A stretch of DNA of 64,000 nucleotides from an uncultured Phycisphaerales bacterium (GTDB lineage Bacteria > Planctomycetota > Phycisphaerae > Tepidisphaerales > Tepidisphaeraceae): the NCBI GenBank assembly GCA_963844715.1, contig CAWJPJ010000008.1:704001-768000 (forward strand). The letters run 5' to 3'. Below are positions 23,205 to 33,117 of the stretch, piece by piece (the first letter of the stretch is position 1; every line of letters starts with the position of its first letter). Both the position numbers and the translations under genes were made by a program. Under the pieces are notes generated by a model. That model ran no database searches, was not told the origin of the DNA, and was given only the letters and a program-made list of their open reading frames with translations.

Positions 23205-25484
23205 CTACAGCGCCGACACAATCGCCAGCAGGGGGTTGTTGGCAATGATATTGGCTGACGCCGCATTACCCACCACGCTGATCGTGTCGCCGCCGTGGCT
23301 CGCGTACTGGAGCGTGTAGGTCAGCGTGCCGACCATTTCGCTGACCCCGTTGATGGTTTCCAGAGTCGCCGGCTCGACGAATGTCGTCGAGTTGATCGAG
23401 AACGTGAAACTGGTGATCGCCAGGTCCGTGGACTCGGCGGTCCAGGTTTCGGGGGTTCCGGCGACCAGAGTGGTCGGACCGGATAACAAGACCGTGGGGG
23501 TGTCCGCCGCGACGATGGTATCGATCCCGTTGGAACTGGCGACGGAGCCGAACGAATCATACGCCGTGAAGGTAACCAGATCTCCTCCGGCCGACGGATG
23601 GCGGAAGGTAAAAGTATCGCTCAGCGTGGCGGTCCAAACGCCGTCGACGTCCGTTTCGGTCCCGGTCACTTCATAGCTTCGCGATCCGATCGTGAAGATC
23701 CCGCCGGTCAAACCATCGTCGCCGGTCGGGTTGGTGACCGTCGCGGTATAGGTCACCGGCGTGCCGACGACCGCCGCAATGGGTCCGGATACCGTGACGA
23801 GCGGAGTGCTGAGCACCGGCGTTGTCGGCGCCGCGGCGGCCGCCACGCTGATGCTGTTTTCCGCCGGCGTCGTGCCGAGTGAATCGGACGCGCTGGCGGT
23901 GACAACGTACGTTCCCGGCGACGTAAAGTCGTGCGTGAATGTCGCGCTGGCGGTGTACACGCCATTGGACAAGGTCTCGGACGTCGCGATCGACACGGGC
24001 GCCGAGCCGTCGCCGAAATTCACATCGAATCCGGAGAGATCGTCGGCGGTCGTGTCCGTGCTCGAGACTGTAAAAGTCACGTTCGTCCCGGTCGTCGCGG
24101 TCGAGGCCCCGGAGATCGTCACCGTGGGCGCGATCACGGTGGGGGGAGGCGTAACCACGGGGGGAGGCGTGACGACTGGCGTTCCCTGATATTGGATCGC
24201 GCCAATGTCGTAACGTCCGTCCGTGGGGCGGGCGTTGCCGAGATAATCGACGGCCGGAGCATCGGTGCTGGTCCCGGCTCCGATCGCGGCGCTGCCGCTG
24301 GCGAGCTGGAAATTCCCGTTGCCCGCGCTCGCGAACAGCGAATTGATCGCGCTACCGATGTTGATTGAATGGATATCGAATCCTGTCGCCTGCCAGCCGG
24401 AGAGGGTCATGCTGTCGTAAGAGTCTTCGCCGGTCGCGTCGATGCCGCTGCTCCCGAAAATATTGTAATCGCACTTAAGGCCGGCCTGGCTGGCGGAGTC
24501 GATGCTGAGGCTGTCTTCGTCCGCCGACAGAATGTTATTGTAGATGGTCGTGTTCGCCGAGCCGTCCACCAAACTGATCGCGGAATACCCGGAATCTCCG
24601 ACGCTGTTCACGTCAATCGTGTTATTCACGATCGTATTTCCGGTCGATGGGAGCGCGCCGTTGATCTGATATAGCGCGATTCCGTTGCGCTGGGCATCGT
24701 AAATGACGTTGTTCTCGATCAGGCTGTTCTGCACGCCGTCGAAGTTGATGCTTGCGCCGGCCCCGGCGGCGTTGTCGTAGAAGGTGTTGGCGTCGATGAC
24801 CAAACCGCCGCCGTATCCTGGGCCGCCTTGGGTTTCGTCCTCATTGCACTCGAATCCGCAGGCGTAGTTCCCGAAAAATGTGCAGCCCTGAACGGTGTCA
24901 TCGTTGCTGGAATTTCCGATATACGCTCCGTGCTGGACCTGCGTATTGGAGAACGTGTCGTCCAGCAGTTCGGAATTGTTAATGAATCCGCCGAGAAAAC
25001 CCCAATCCGTGCAGTCGTTGCAGGTGGAATTCTCGATCAGGATTCCGTTCACGTTATCGTTCACTTCGCCGCCGGCCCAAATACCGGCCCGCGCGCCGTT
25101 GCTCCCGTCGGCGACGTCCGCGCCGTTGAGCGTGACGTAGTTGCATCCTGAAATATCGATTTCCCCGTTGCTGCTCCCCGGCGCGCCGTTGACGACGGCG
25201 CCGGACGCGAAATCGAAAGTGATCGGAGCGGATGACGACCCGCTGCTCGACAATTGAAATCCGGCGTAATCGCCGGCGGCGACGTGAACCGTGTCGCCCG
25301 CCTGGACTACATTTGCAGCTTGTTGCAAAGTCGCCCAGGGTGTCGAGGAACCGCCCGCGGCGGAATCGCTTCCGCCAGCCGAAACGTAATAAGTACTCAG
25401 TAGTTGCCGTTCCTCCAAAGCCTCAAGAACAGCGTGGTGGGTCAACTCCGCGGCGAGTCGGCGAGACATCTTTCGTCGATTCAT
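23205..25484 (-). CDS. Secreted right-handed beta-helix / PKD protein (copy 2, intact)
   Basis: MNRRKMSRR..LEALEERQLLS; highly similar to copy 1; GGAGG RBS. Confidence 0.85.
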   Translation of the reverse strand: MNRRKMSRRLAAELTHHAVLEALEERQLLSTYYVSAGGSDSAAGGSSTPWATLQQAANVVQAGDTVHVAAGDYAGFQLSSSGSSSAPITFDFASGAVVNGAPGSSNGEIDISGCNYVTLNGADVADGSNGARAGIWAGGEVNDNVNGILIENSTCNDCTDWGFLGGFINNSELLDDTFSNTQVQHGAYIGNSSNDDTVQGCTFFGNYACGFECNEDETQGGPGYGGGLVIDANTFYDNAAGAGASINFDGVQNSLIENNVIYDAQRNGIALYQINGALPSTGNTIVNNTIDVNSVGDSGYSAISLVDGSANTTIYNNILSADEDSLSIDSASQAGLKCDYNIFGSSGIDATGEDSYDSMTLSGWQATGFDIHSINIGSAINSLFASAGNGNFQLASGSAAIGAGTSTDAPAVDYLGNARPTDGRYDIGAIQYQGTPVVTPPPVVTPPPTVIAPTVTISGASTATTGTNVTFTVSSTDTTADDLSGFDVNFGDGSAPVSIATSETLSNGVYTASATFTHDFTSPGTYVVTASASDSLGTTPAENSISVAAAAAPTTPVLSTPLVTVSGPIAAVVGTPVTYTATVTNPTGDDGLTGGIFTIGSRSYEVTGTETDVDGVWTATLSDTFTFRHPSAGGDLVTFTAYDSFGSVASSNGIDTIVAADTPTVLLSGPTTLVAGTPETWTAESTDLAITSFTFSINSTTFVEPATLETINGVSEMVGTLTYTLQYASHGGDTISVVGNAASANIIANNPLLAIVSAL

Positions 25485-25745
25485 CCTATCCTCCGGTGTG
25501 AATACACGCTGGGGCATGCCACGGGAACGCCCGTGTGGCGGCCATGCAGCGCAAGAAATCAAATTTCTGGAACCGACGAAGGTGCGAAAAAACCCTAGCG
25601 CCGGTTTTTGGGTGCTCGTTTCAGCCCATTAGGGACGGCAGAACCAACTCTGTTCTGGCGTGTTCGCCCGCGAAAAATCGCCGGCGATCGATCATGCGAA
25701 ATATGTCGCCCCCGCTATAGGCGGGCAACTTGATTGATACTTCTT
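25485..25745 (-). promoter_or_regulatory. Conserved, structured 5' leader (copy 2)
   Basis: Same stems as 22686-22950, with substitutions that give G-U pairs on the mRNA strand. Confidence 0.5.
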
Positions 25746-25899
25746 AAATTGCGCAGGGGTTCGCCGATTAAAAGGAAAGTAATAAAAAAATTTGCAGTCC
25801 CGCCATGCCCCATTCGCGCAGTCGAACTCGTCATCCAAGTATATCGATGTATCGGGTTAACTTAGGGAGATGAGGGCGGTTGTATGCGGCCGCGTAGCG

Positions 25900-27632
25900 T
25901 CATCTTGCGGGCCCGTGCGTGTGCGAGGGGTCCATCATCGTCGCTGAAGTGACCGGCAGGCGGATTGTGAACGTCGTCCCCTCGCCCTGGCGGCTTTTTA
26001 CGCTGATCGACCCATCGTGCTCTTCGACAATCTTCTTCGCCACCGCCAGCCCCAGCCCCGTCCCGCGATTCCCCTTGGTGGAATGGAAGAGTTCGAACAT
26101 GTGCGGCATCATCGCCGGCGGAATTCCCGGCCCGTTGTCGATCACGTCGATCACGCCCTGCTTGTTGGAAGCATCATAGCGACACACGACGCGGATCAGC
26201 CCCTTCTGGGCCTCCACCGCGTCGATCGCGTTGGTCAGCAGATTCATCATGACCTGATGCAGCCCATCGGGATCGGCGGGTATCGCCGGAGCATCCGGTT
26301 CCGCATCCGCCACCGCCATCACGCCCTTTTCGCTCGCCCGCGCGGCGATCAGTTCCAGGCACTCGTCGATCAGCACCTTCATGCTGATCTGCTCGACTTT
26401 CGGCTCGCGCGGTTTGCTGTACGCCAGCAGGTTCATCGTCAAGCTGTAAATCTTGTCCAGATTGCGCTCGACGACCCGCCAGCCTTTAGTGGCCTGCGGC
26501 AGATTCCCGCCGCGCAATCCCATCTCGACCACATCCGCTCCCCCGCGCAAGGCCTGCAAAATATTCTTGATCGAATGCGAGAGCGCCGCCGTCGTTTCGC
26601 CCACCGCGGCCATGCGCTCGGTCTTCAACCCGGCCTGGTAAAGCCTCGCGTTGGAAACCGCCATTCCGGCCTGCAAACCAATCGCCGAAAGCAGCCGCAA
26701 TTGATCCGGAGAATACGTGTAATTCTTGACCGAACTGTCAATGTAAATGAGGCCGACGATCTCTTCCGGGTTTTTGCTCCCCAGCTTGCGAGCCTTGATC
26801 GGCACGCACAGCGCGCTGCGGATGCCCAGGTTCTGAACGCTCTTCCCGCGCAGAAGCGCCGGTCCGCCATCGCGTTCGACGAGAGCACGCCTTCCCCCGT
26901 GCTCAGCACGTGATGGATGATCGTCCGCGACGCGTGAATTTTCTCCGGGGGCTGGCCGGCAACCTTCGAGTCCTCGGGGGAACCGGGCGCAACCGTTTCG
27001 CTGTTGGCGCTCGACCGCTTTTCGTCGTCGCGCATGCGCACCACGGTCGGCACCAGCTCGTTGGTCTTCTCATCGAGAAGCAAAATAATTCCGCGCTCCG
27101 CTTTGACGTTCTCAAACACCAGGTCCATCACGACGTCCATGACCTGATCGATGCCGAAACTGCTCCCCAGCGCCGCCCCAAGCTGATACAGAATTTTCAG
27201 ATTCATCATCGCCGCGGCCGCCGGCTCCGGGACCGCAAGCACCATCGAGTCGTCATTCGAAACCACGGTATGCATGATCGAGCTGTCCATCCCGGCCTCG
27301 ACGCCGCTCAGCGCCACATTGCCGCCGCTCGACCGGCTGATCCCCGGCTGCGATCCAAAGACCATCAACGTGCGCCCCACGCGAATCTGGTCCCCCAGCT
27401 TCAGAATGTAGCGATTCTCAACGCGCGTGCCGTTCACGTAACTTCCATTGGCACTCCCCAGATCATGTAGAATCCAGGCCCCGTCGGCGGGAATGAGTTC
27501 CGCATGCCGGCGGCTAACCGTGTTGTCTGTAATCGGCAGCGCGCGGCTCTCCCGGCCGATGACCGCCGTCTCATCAGGCAATTCAAAGCGACGCCCCTTG
27601 TCGGGGCCTTGTAAAACCAGCAGGGTAAGCAC
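25900..27632 (-). CDS. FHA-GAF sensor histidine kinase; frameshift near 26848
   Basis: FHA (IGRE..ITDNTVSRRHA..DLGSANGSYVNG), GAF (GLIYIDS..QLRLLSAIG), HisKA (LSHSIKNIL), HATPase (NLLTNAIDA, DNGPGI, GTGLGL). Confidence 0.9.
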
Positions 27633-27706
27633 GAACTTATTTTACATCAGTTTCGGACGGCGAGGGAAGAAAATGATCGAGGGGGAATGAAGCGCCACGC
27701 GCATCT

Positions 27707-27822
27707 ATCCCCTCTCCCTGGTCTTCCGCTAGTTTCCGCAGGACGGGTGAGGGGCGGCGCTCGATGATCAAAAAAACGCCCCTCACCCTTGCCCTCTCCC
27801 CATGAGTACATGGGGAGAGGGA
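27707..27822. repeat. REP-like palindromic repeat
   Basis: CCCCTCTCCC..GGGTGAGGGGCG...CGCCCCTCACCC..CCCTCTCCCCATGAGTACATGGGGAGAGGG. Confidence 0.8.
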
Positions 27823-27920
27823 AAAATCGCCGGAACGGCAGAGCCGCATACGGGCGCGCGGGAATGATGCTTGATCGCCTGAAATCCGCTAAGCTGACGG
27901 GCCGAATAGGAGGCTCTCGC

Positions 27921-28715
27921 ATGAGCTTATTGGCCGGCAAGAAGGGTCTGATCCTCAACATCGCCAACGACCGCAGCATCGCGGCTCATATTGCGCATAA
28001 CGCCGTCAAACAGGGGGCCGTTTGTGGGTTCGGATTCCTCCCCATGGACAACCGCGAAAAGAACGAGCGGCGCGTCCGCAAGGCGATGGAGGAATACGGG
28101 TTTGCCGATTCCTGGTTGCATCCCGTCGATGTCGGGCACGACGACCAGATCGAGGCCTTCTTCGCCGCCGCCGCAAAGCAGTTCGGTACCATCGACTTCG
28201 TCGTCCATTCGCTGGCGTTTGCCGATCGGACCTACCTTCAGAAGGATCCGGGGAATTTCACGTCAACTCCGCGCAAGGTGTTCGCCCAGGCGCTGGATAT
28301 CAGCGCGTACAGTCTTATCGCTTTGACGCGCGCGGCCGTCCCCCTCATGCCCGAGGGAGGATCGGTCATCGCCCTGAGCTATCTCGGCGGCGAAAAAGTT
28401 GTGCCGGGTTACAACGTCATGGGCGTGGCGAAATCGGCCCTGGAAACGTGCGCCCGATATCTGGCGTTTGATTTGGGATCCAAAAAAATCCGCGTCAATG
28501 TCATCTCCGCCGGCCCGATCCGAACGCTCTCGGCCATGGCGGTGGGGGGGATCGATGAAATGTTCGCCCATGTTGAGCGGAAGGCGCCGCTGCATCGAAA
28601 CGTCGACGGCGACGAAGTCGGAAAAACCGCCGTCTATCTTCTCAGCGATCTCTCCAGCGGAGTCACCGGCGAAACCATCTACGTCGACAGCGGATTCAAT
28701 ACCGTTGGCATCTGA
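27921..28715 (+). CDS. fabI: Enoyl-ACP reductase
   Basis: GKKGLILNIANDRSIA, IDFVVHSLAFA, DISAYSL, YNVMGVAKSALE, VNVISAGPIRTL, GVTGETIYVDSG; GGAGG RBS. Confidence 0.93.
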   Translation: MSLLAGKKGLILNIANDRSIAAHIAHNAVKQGAVCGFGFLPMDNREKNERRVRKAMEEYGFADSWLHPVDVGHDDQIEAFFAAAAKQFGTIDFVVHSLAFADRTYLQKDPGNFTSTPRKVFAQALDISAYSLIALTRAAVPLMPEGGSVIALSYLGGEKVVPGYNVMGVAKSALETCARYLAFDLGSKKIRVNVISAGPIRTLSAMAVGGIDEMFAHVERKAPLHRNVDGDEVGKTAVYLLSDLSSGVTGETIYVDSGFNTVGI

Positions 28716-28742
28716 GCCGTCGCCGGGGGGCGGGATGAAGGT

Positions 28743-30530
28743 ATGGGCAAACGATGGACGCGATGGCTTTGGATTTCGCTGGCGGCTTCTCCAGCGATTG
28801 TCCCGCTGATTCTCATCTATCTCTTCGGCGTCAACTTCCATTTCCTCGACGAATGGAATCCCTGCATGGCGGGACTCTTCGTCAAAGCTCACCAGCATCA
28901 ATTCACGCTCGCGGATTTGTTTGCCCAAAACAATGAACACCGGGACGTGATCCCGCGGCTTCTGCTTCTGGCGACTAATCCGATCACGCATTGGAACAAC
29001 TATGCCGTGCTGGTCATGGAATGGGCGATCGTTCTCGCCACGTCGCTGATCATTCTCAATTTCATGCGGCGAACGCTCGATCCGCACCCCGGGGCGGCGC
29101 TCTCGCAACGAACGCTCGTACTCTGGTTTATCGCCAATCTTCTGATCTTCACGCCGTTACAGTACGAAAACTGGCTCTGGGGCATCGGGCTGGTGAACGT
29201 CATGCCGTCCTTTTTTATATTCCTATCTTTCCTCGCGCTTTTGTCGCGCGCGGATTTTCGCCTCAAATTCCTGGTCTGCCTGCTGCTGGCACTTGCGGCA
29301 ACCTATAGCCTCGGGAGCGGCGTGCTCGCCTGGCCGCTCATCGCGATCCTCGCGGCTTCCCCTTCATCGAATATTCCGTCGCACACGAGAAAATGGCTGC
29401 TCGGCGCATGGATCGCCGCCGCCGCGCTGGGGATCGGATTTTACTTTTATCATTACGTTCGCCCTCCTCTGCCTGCCAGCGGAGTCGATTCGTATTCGCT
29501 CAGTCCGTCGGCTCTATTGCAATACAACCTCGCCTATTTGGGCGCGGCGTTCTCTTCCAACGCAAATACCGATTCCAATGTGCTGACGTGCACCCTCCTC
29601 GGGTCGGCCATGCTCGCCATGCTCATCGGCGCGGCGGTTTATTTCGTCGCCGCCTGGCGGCGGAAAGAGCAATCGCTCTGCGATCGGTTGGCTCTGTGGC
29701 TCACCATTGCCTTGTTTGGGATTCTAAGTGGCGCAATGGCGTCAGTTTTCCGCGCCGGATACGGGCCGCAGCAGGCGCTCAGTTCCCGTTACATCACGTT
29801 CGCGGTTTACATTCCGATCGCATTGCTCAACATCATTCCCATCATCGCGGAGGATCTGCGCGAGATATCCGCAACAATTCGCCGGTATCTGGACGCAAAT
29901 CCCCGGCTCGCTCGCCGGGTGCATGCTCGTTCTATATTTCCTGACGTATCCGGGCGCGATCCACTCCTGCTCCTACACGCGCTTCGTCGCCGCCAGGGCA
30001 AGGCCACTCTTTTGATGGTGAACGTGTTGCCCGACAATCCGCTCATCGCCGACACGGTTGGCAATCCCGCCGATGTGAAGGCCGACGCACCGGTGCTGAA
30101 CGAAATGGGGTATCTCGATCCTCCGCTGATCTCGGCAAACGACGCCGCCCAACTGATCGCCCGGGATATCGGCGCCGAAGCTCCGATATATGGCAGCCTC
30201 GACGGTTCATATCCCCGCGATAATTTGATTCATCTGGTCGGATGGGCGTTCAATCGGCGCAATGGGCGCGTGGCCGACGGAGTTTTTCTGACCTACGAAT
30301 CTCCCGAAAAAAGGCAGGTGATTTTTGCCGCCGCCCGGATGAACTACGATCGAAAGGACGTGGCCGCGCATTTCGACAATCCCGATTATGAGTGGGCCGG
30401 CTGGGAAGCGCAAATTTCACCGAGCCTGCTGCCCGCCGGATTCAAGACGATCACCATCCGCGCCTGGGCTCTGGACGCAGATACGGCCCGGGCCTACCCG
30501 CTCGCCAACGGCTGCATCCTTCGCCGCTGA
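28743..30530 (+). CDS. Polytopic membrane protein, GT-C-like glycosyltransferase with C-terminal extracytoplasmic domain (compensating frameshifts at 29860-29985)
   Basis: FLDEW...LFAQNNEHR..IPRL, QYENWLWG, FRAGYG..QALSSRY; C-terminal GWA...R.DVA..F Ig-like domain. Confidence 0.65.
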   Translation: MGKRWTRWLWISLAASPAIVPLILIYLFGVNFHFLDEWNPCMAGLFVKAHQHQFTLADLFAQNNEHRDVIPRLLLLATNPITHWNNYAVLVMEWAIVLATSLIILNFMRRTLDPHPGAALSQRTLVLWFIANLLIFTPLQYENWLWGIGLVNVMPSFFIFLSFLALLSRADFRLKFLVCLLLALAATYSLGSGVLAWPLIAILAASPSSNIPSHTRKWLLGAWIAAAALGIGFYFYHYVRPPLPASGVDSYSLSPSALLQYNLAYLGAAFSSNANTDSNVLTCTLLGSAMLAMLIGAAVYFVAAWRRKEQSLCDRLALWLTIALFGILSGAMASVFRAGYGPQQALSSRYITFAVYIPIALLNIIPIIAEDLREISATIRRYLDANPRLARRVHARSIFPDVSGRDPLLLLHALRRRQGKATLLMVNVLPDNPLIADTVGNPADVKADAPVLNEMGYLDPPLISANDAAQLIARDIGAEAPIYGSLDGSYPRDNLIHLVGWAFNRRNGRVADGVFLTYESPEKRQVIFAAARMNYDRKDVAAHFDNPDYEWAGWEAQISPSLLPAGFKTITIRAWALDADTARAYPLANGCILRR

Positions 30531-30537
30531 TTTCTGT

Positions 30538-30585
30538 TCCCTCGCCCCCTCGTTTAGCTTCGGCACGATGCGGGTCAGGGTGAGA
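30538..30585. repeat. REP-like half element between convergent genes
   Basis: TCCCTCGCCCCCTCGTTTAGCTTCGGCACG..GGGTGAG resembles the arms at 9786 and 9880. Confidence 0.5.
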
Positions 30586-30619
30586 AGCGTTCTTTTTTCT
30601 AATTTCCGGAAAACCGCGA

Positions 30620-33049
30620 TTACCTAAACTTCAAACCCGTCCAATAAGACTCGCTCAGCCAATGATCCGCTCCCGGCGAAGTCTCCAGAATCAGCCCATA
30701 CACGCGCTTGTCCCCGGCAAGCTGAATTGATCCGCGGTGCAATCCCCGATCCGCCGGCTCATTCCCCGGATCCATGTGCGCCGACCACGCCAACACGGCG
30801 CTGATCTGGCTCCCCGCTTCCGCGTCCACCGCGTAGATCCGAAAGTCCACGCCGTCCGACGGGGGATCGCTCAAATACGACCGGCTGCTCATCCCGTACC
30901 CAAAATCAAACCCCTTCGCCCCTGGCGGAACTTCGATCAGCATCCGCGTAAACGCATCCGCGCTGATCGCCAGCCTCTCCTCGTCGTTCTCCATCACCCG
31001 CGGCGGCTTACCCGGCTCAACCTGCAAAATCCTCGCCCCCAGAAATATTCTCCGAAGGTTCAAATATTCCTCCACCCCAGGAACCTTTGAAATGTCCCCG
31101 CGCGGATACTGCAATGCAAAAAACCGGACCGTGTATTGATCTTCATAACACGCATCCCTCCCATCCGCGGAAAGCGCGTCCGCCACCGTCATTTGCGCCG
31201 CCTGCTCATCCGAAAGCCCCTTCTTCCAATCCGAGGAATAGAGCATCCCAAACGCCCCCCTCTCTTCAATCACAGGCGACAGCAAAAATCCCCCCAACCC
31301 CACTTCCCGCAGATACCGAAACGCCTTCTTCCCTCCGCCCGCGGTCTGAATACCCATCGCCAGCACCGGCGGCTTATAGGCCACGCGCGCCGCCTTTCCC
31401 AGCGCCGTCAGACTGATATCCACCTTCGCCCAGATCGGATCGTCCGATTGCGGAACCGCGATCCATTCCCCCAGCCTTCCCGTCACCGATCCGATCGGCC
31501 TCAGCTTATATTCCCGCGGCAACGCCGCCTTCGTCAGCACCAGGTGATTTCCGCTCGCGTCTGTCAGATCATATCGCGACAAAAGCTCCGGCCACGACGC
31601 CGCATCCTCCAGTGAAAGTAGATGATGATCGATTGCCTGCGCATCGAAAAAAATCGTCTTGGCCGCCCCTGGCCCTCTCAGGAACTCCGCGTTCATTTCC
31701 GCCAGCGCCGCCGTATACGCCACGTAACTTTGAAAAATCGGCCGCGGCGTATAATCCAATCCCTCTTCCAACAGTTCCCTCTGCCCCCACGAATAGATGT
31801 CCACCGGTCCGTTCACCCGCGGCAATACCGCCCAATCGGGCGCCGAACTCAAAATTAAACCGGGATCTTGCGCTTGCCTCAGCGCAATCGACGCGCGCCG
31901 CGGAATCGCCGATATTTGTTGCAACATGCTTGTCGGACCGCTCTGCCGCGCAAATTGCTCCATGCTCGTCCATGACTCGTAAATGACACCGCAGCATAAC
32001 ACCACCAGATAAACGCGCGCCGTTCGGCTCCGAAACCCCCGCCACAGAACCGCGCTCAAACTCAGCGCCGCCAGCGCCAGCGCCGACATCGCCGAGATTT
32101 CATTTCCGCCGTGCCGCACGTACCCGCTTTTGAAGATCAAAAAAATGATCGCCGCCGCCCCCAATATCGCCATCGCGCTTTTCCATGCCGCGGTCTTTTC
32201 CGCCGACCTCCCTCTCCACGGATGCGCCGTCAACATCGTTCCCAGCACGCACGCTCCTGCCGCCACGAATCGCGCTACATCGTATCCCTCCGACGCCGGC
32301 GTGATCATCGCCTCGCCCTCGGTGTATCCGTTGGACACGATCCACGAGCGATACAAATAAACGCCCAACCCGGAAAGCGGCTGACCCGCCGCGAGCCAAA
32401 ATCCCGCCAGCGAAACGCCATAAACGATCAAGCTCGCCGGAATGCGCCACCGCCGCGCGTCGTCGAACGTGATCAACACCACCACCGGCGCCGCGCATAA
32501 AAAGTAGCTGAACTTCACCAGGCTCGCCAATCCCATCGATACCAGCAAAATCACCTTCGCCGCGTCTCCGGCCCCATCCTCTATATAAAAATGAATCAGC
32601 AGCAGAAACCACGGCAGCATGAAAATCCGCGCGTCCGGCATTTGTACGCTTTGCCCGCTCAGCAATATCGCCCCCAGCAACCACACCGCCGCCACGCCCG
32701 CCTTGTCCGTCATAAAAGCGGCGATTCGAACCAATCCCGCGGAATAACCCGCCGCCAAAATCAGCCACGCAAACCATGCGGGCGCGATCACCGACGAATC
32801 AAAACCGCCTTCGATGAATCCCCATGGCCCGTGCGGGAACAAGATCTGCGTGCCAAAGGCCAGGTGATGAAGATATGCCCACCTCAACACCGCCACCCAC
32901 GAGCTGTCCAGGTCGTTCCACGCCGGAAACGCCGCCGATGTATCAAGCGGCGCCATCACCAGCACCGTCAGCGCAAACAGCAACACCGCCGCCGCGTACC
33001 ACCAGACCGACTTTCGCGGTCTGGCGCTGATGCGCGCAAGTCTGAGCAC
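30620..33049 (-). CDS. Polytopic membrane protein, putative GT-C glycosyltransferase (paralog 3)
   Basis: DLDSSWVAVL.WA....FG..I.F.HGPWGF, LVKFS, FKSGYVRH, PRPIFQSY..Y, GFLLSP motifs shared by three tandem genes. Confidence 0.7.
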   Translation of the reverse strand: MLRLARISARPRKSVWWYAAAVLLFALTVLVMAPLDTSAAFPAWNDLDSSWVAVLRWAYLHHLAFGTQILFPHGPWGFIEGGFDSSVIAPAWFAWLILAAGYSAGLVRIAAFMTDKAGVAAVWLLGAILLSGQSVQMPDARIFMLPWFLLLIHFYIEDGAGDAAKVILLVSMGLASLVKFSYFLCAAPVVVLITFDDARRWRIPASLIVYGVSLAGFWLAAGQPLSGLGVYLYRSWIVSNGYTEGEAMITPASEGYDVARFVAAGACVLGTMLTAHPWRGRSAEKTAAWKSAMAILGAAAIIFLIFKSGYVRHGGNEISAMSALALAALSLSAVLWRGFRSRTARVYLVVLCCGVIYESWTSMEQFARQSGPTSMLQQISAIPRRASIALRQAQDPGLILSSAPDWAVLPRVNGPVDIYSWGQRELLEEGLDYTPRPIFQSYVAYTAALAEMNAEFLRGPGAAKTIFFDAQAIDHHLLSLEDAASWPELLSRYDLTDASGNHLVLTKAALPREYKLRPIGSVTGRLGEWIAVPQSDDPIWAKVDISLTALGKAARVAYKPPVLAMGIQTAGGGKKAFRYLREVGLGGFLLSPVIEERGAFGMLYSSDWKKGLSDEQAAQMTVADALSADGRDACYEDQYTVRFFALQYPRGDISKVPGVEEYLNLRRIFLGARILQVEPGKPPRVMENDEERLAISADAFTRMLIEVPPGAKGFDFGYGMSSRSYLSDPPSDGVDFRIYAVDAEAGSQISAVLAWSAHMDPGNEPADRGLHRGSIQLAGDKRVYGLILETSPGADHWLSESYWTGLKFR

Positions 33050-33117
33050 TGGGCCGCATTCTGTCCGGAATCTGGCGTCTCGACGGAACCCATCGCCCCT
33101 TCACTTCCATTAGACGA

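Noticed and set aside
22686..25745. Assigning the conserved leaders to a known riboswitch or hammerhead ribozyme
   Set aside because: Consensus cores of c-di-GMP-I/II, ydaO and hammerhead (CUGANGA/GAAA) are not present in both copies.
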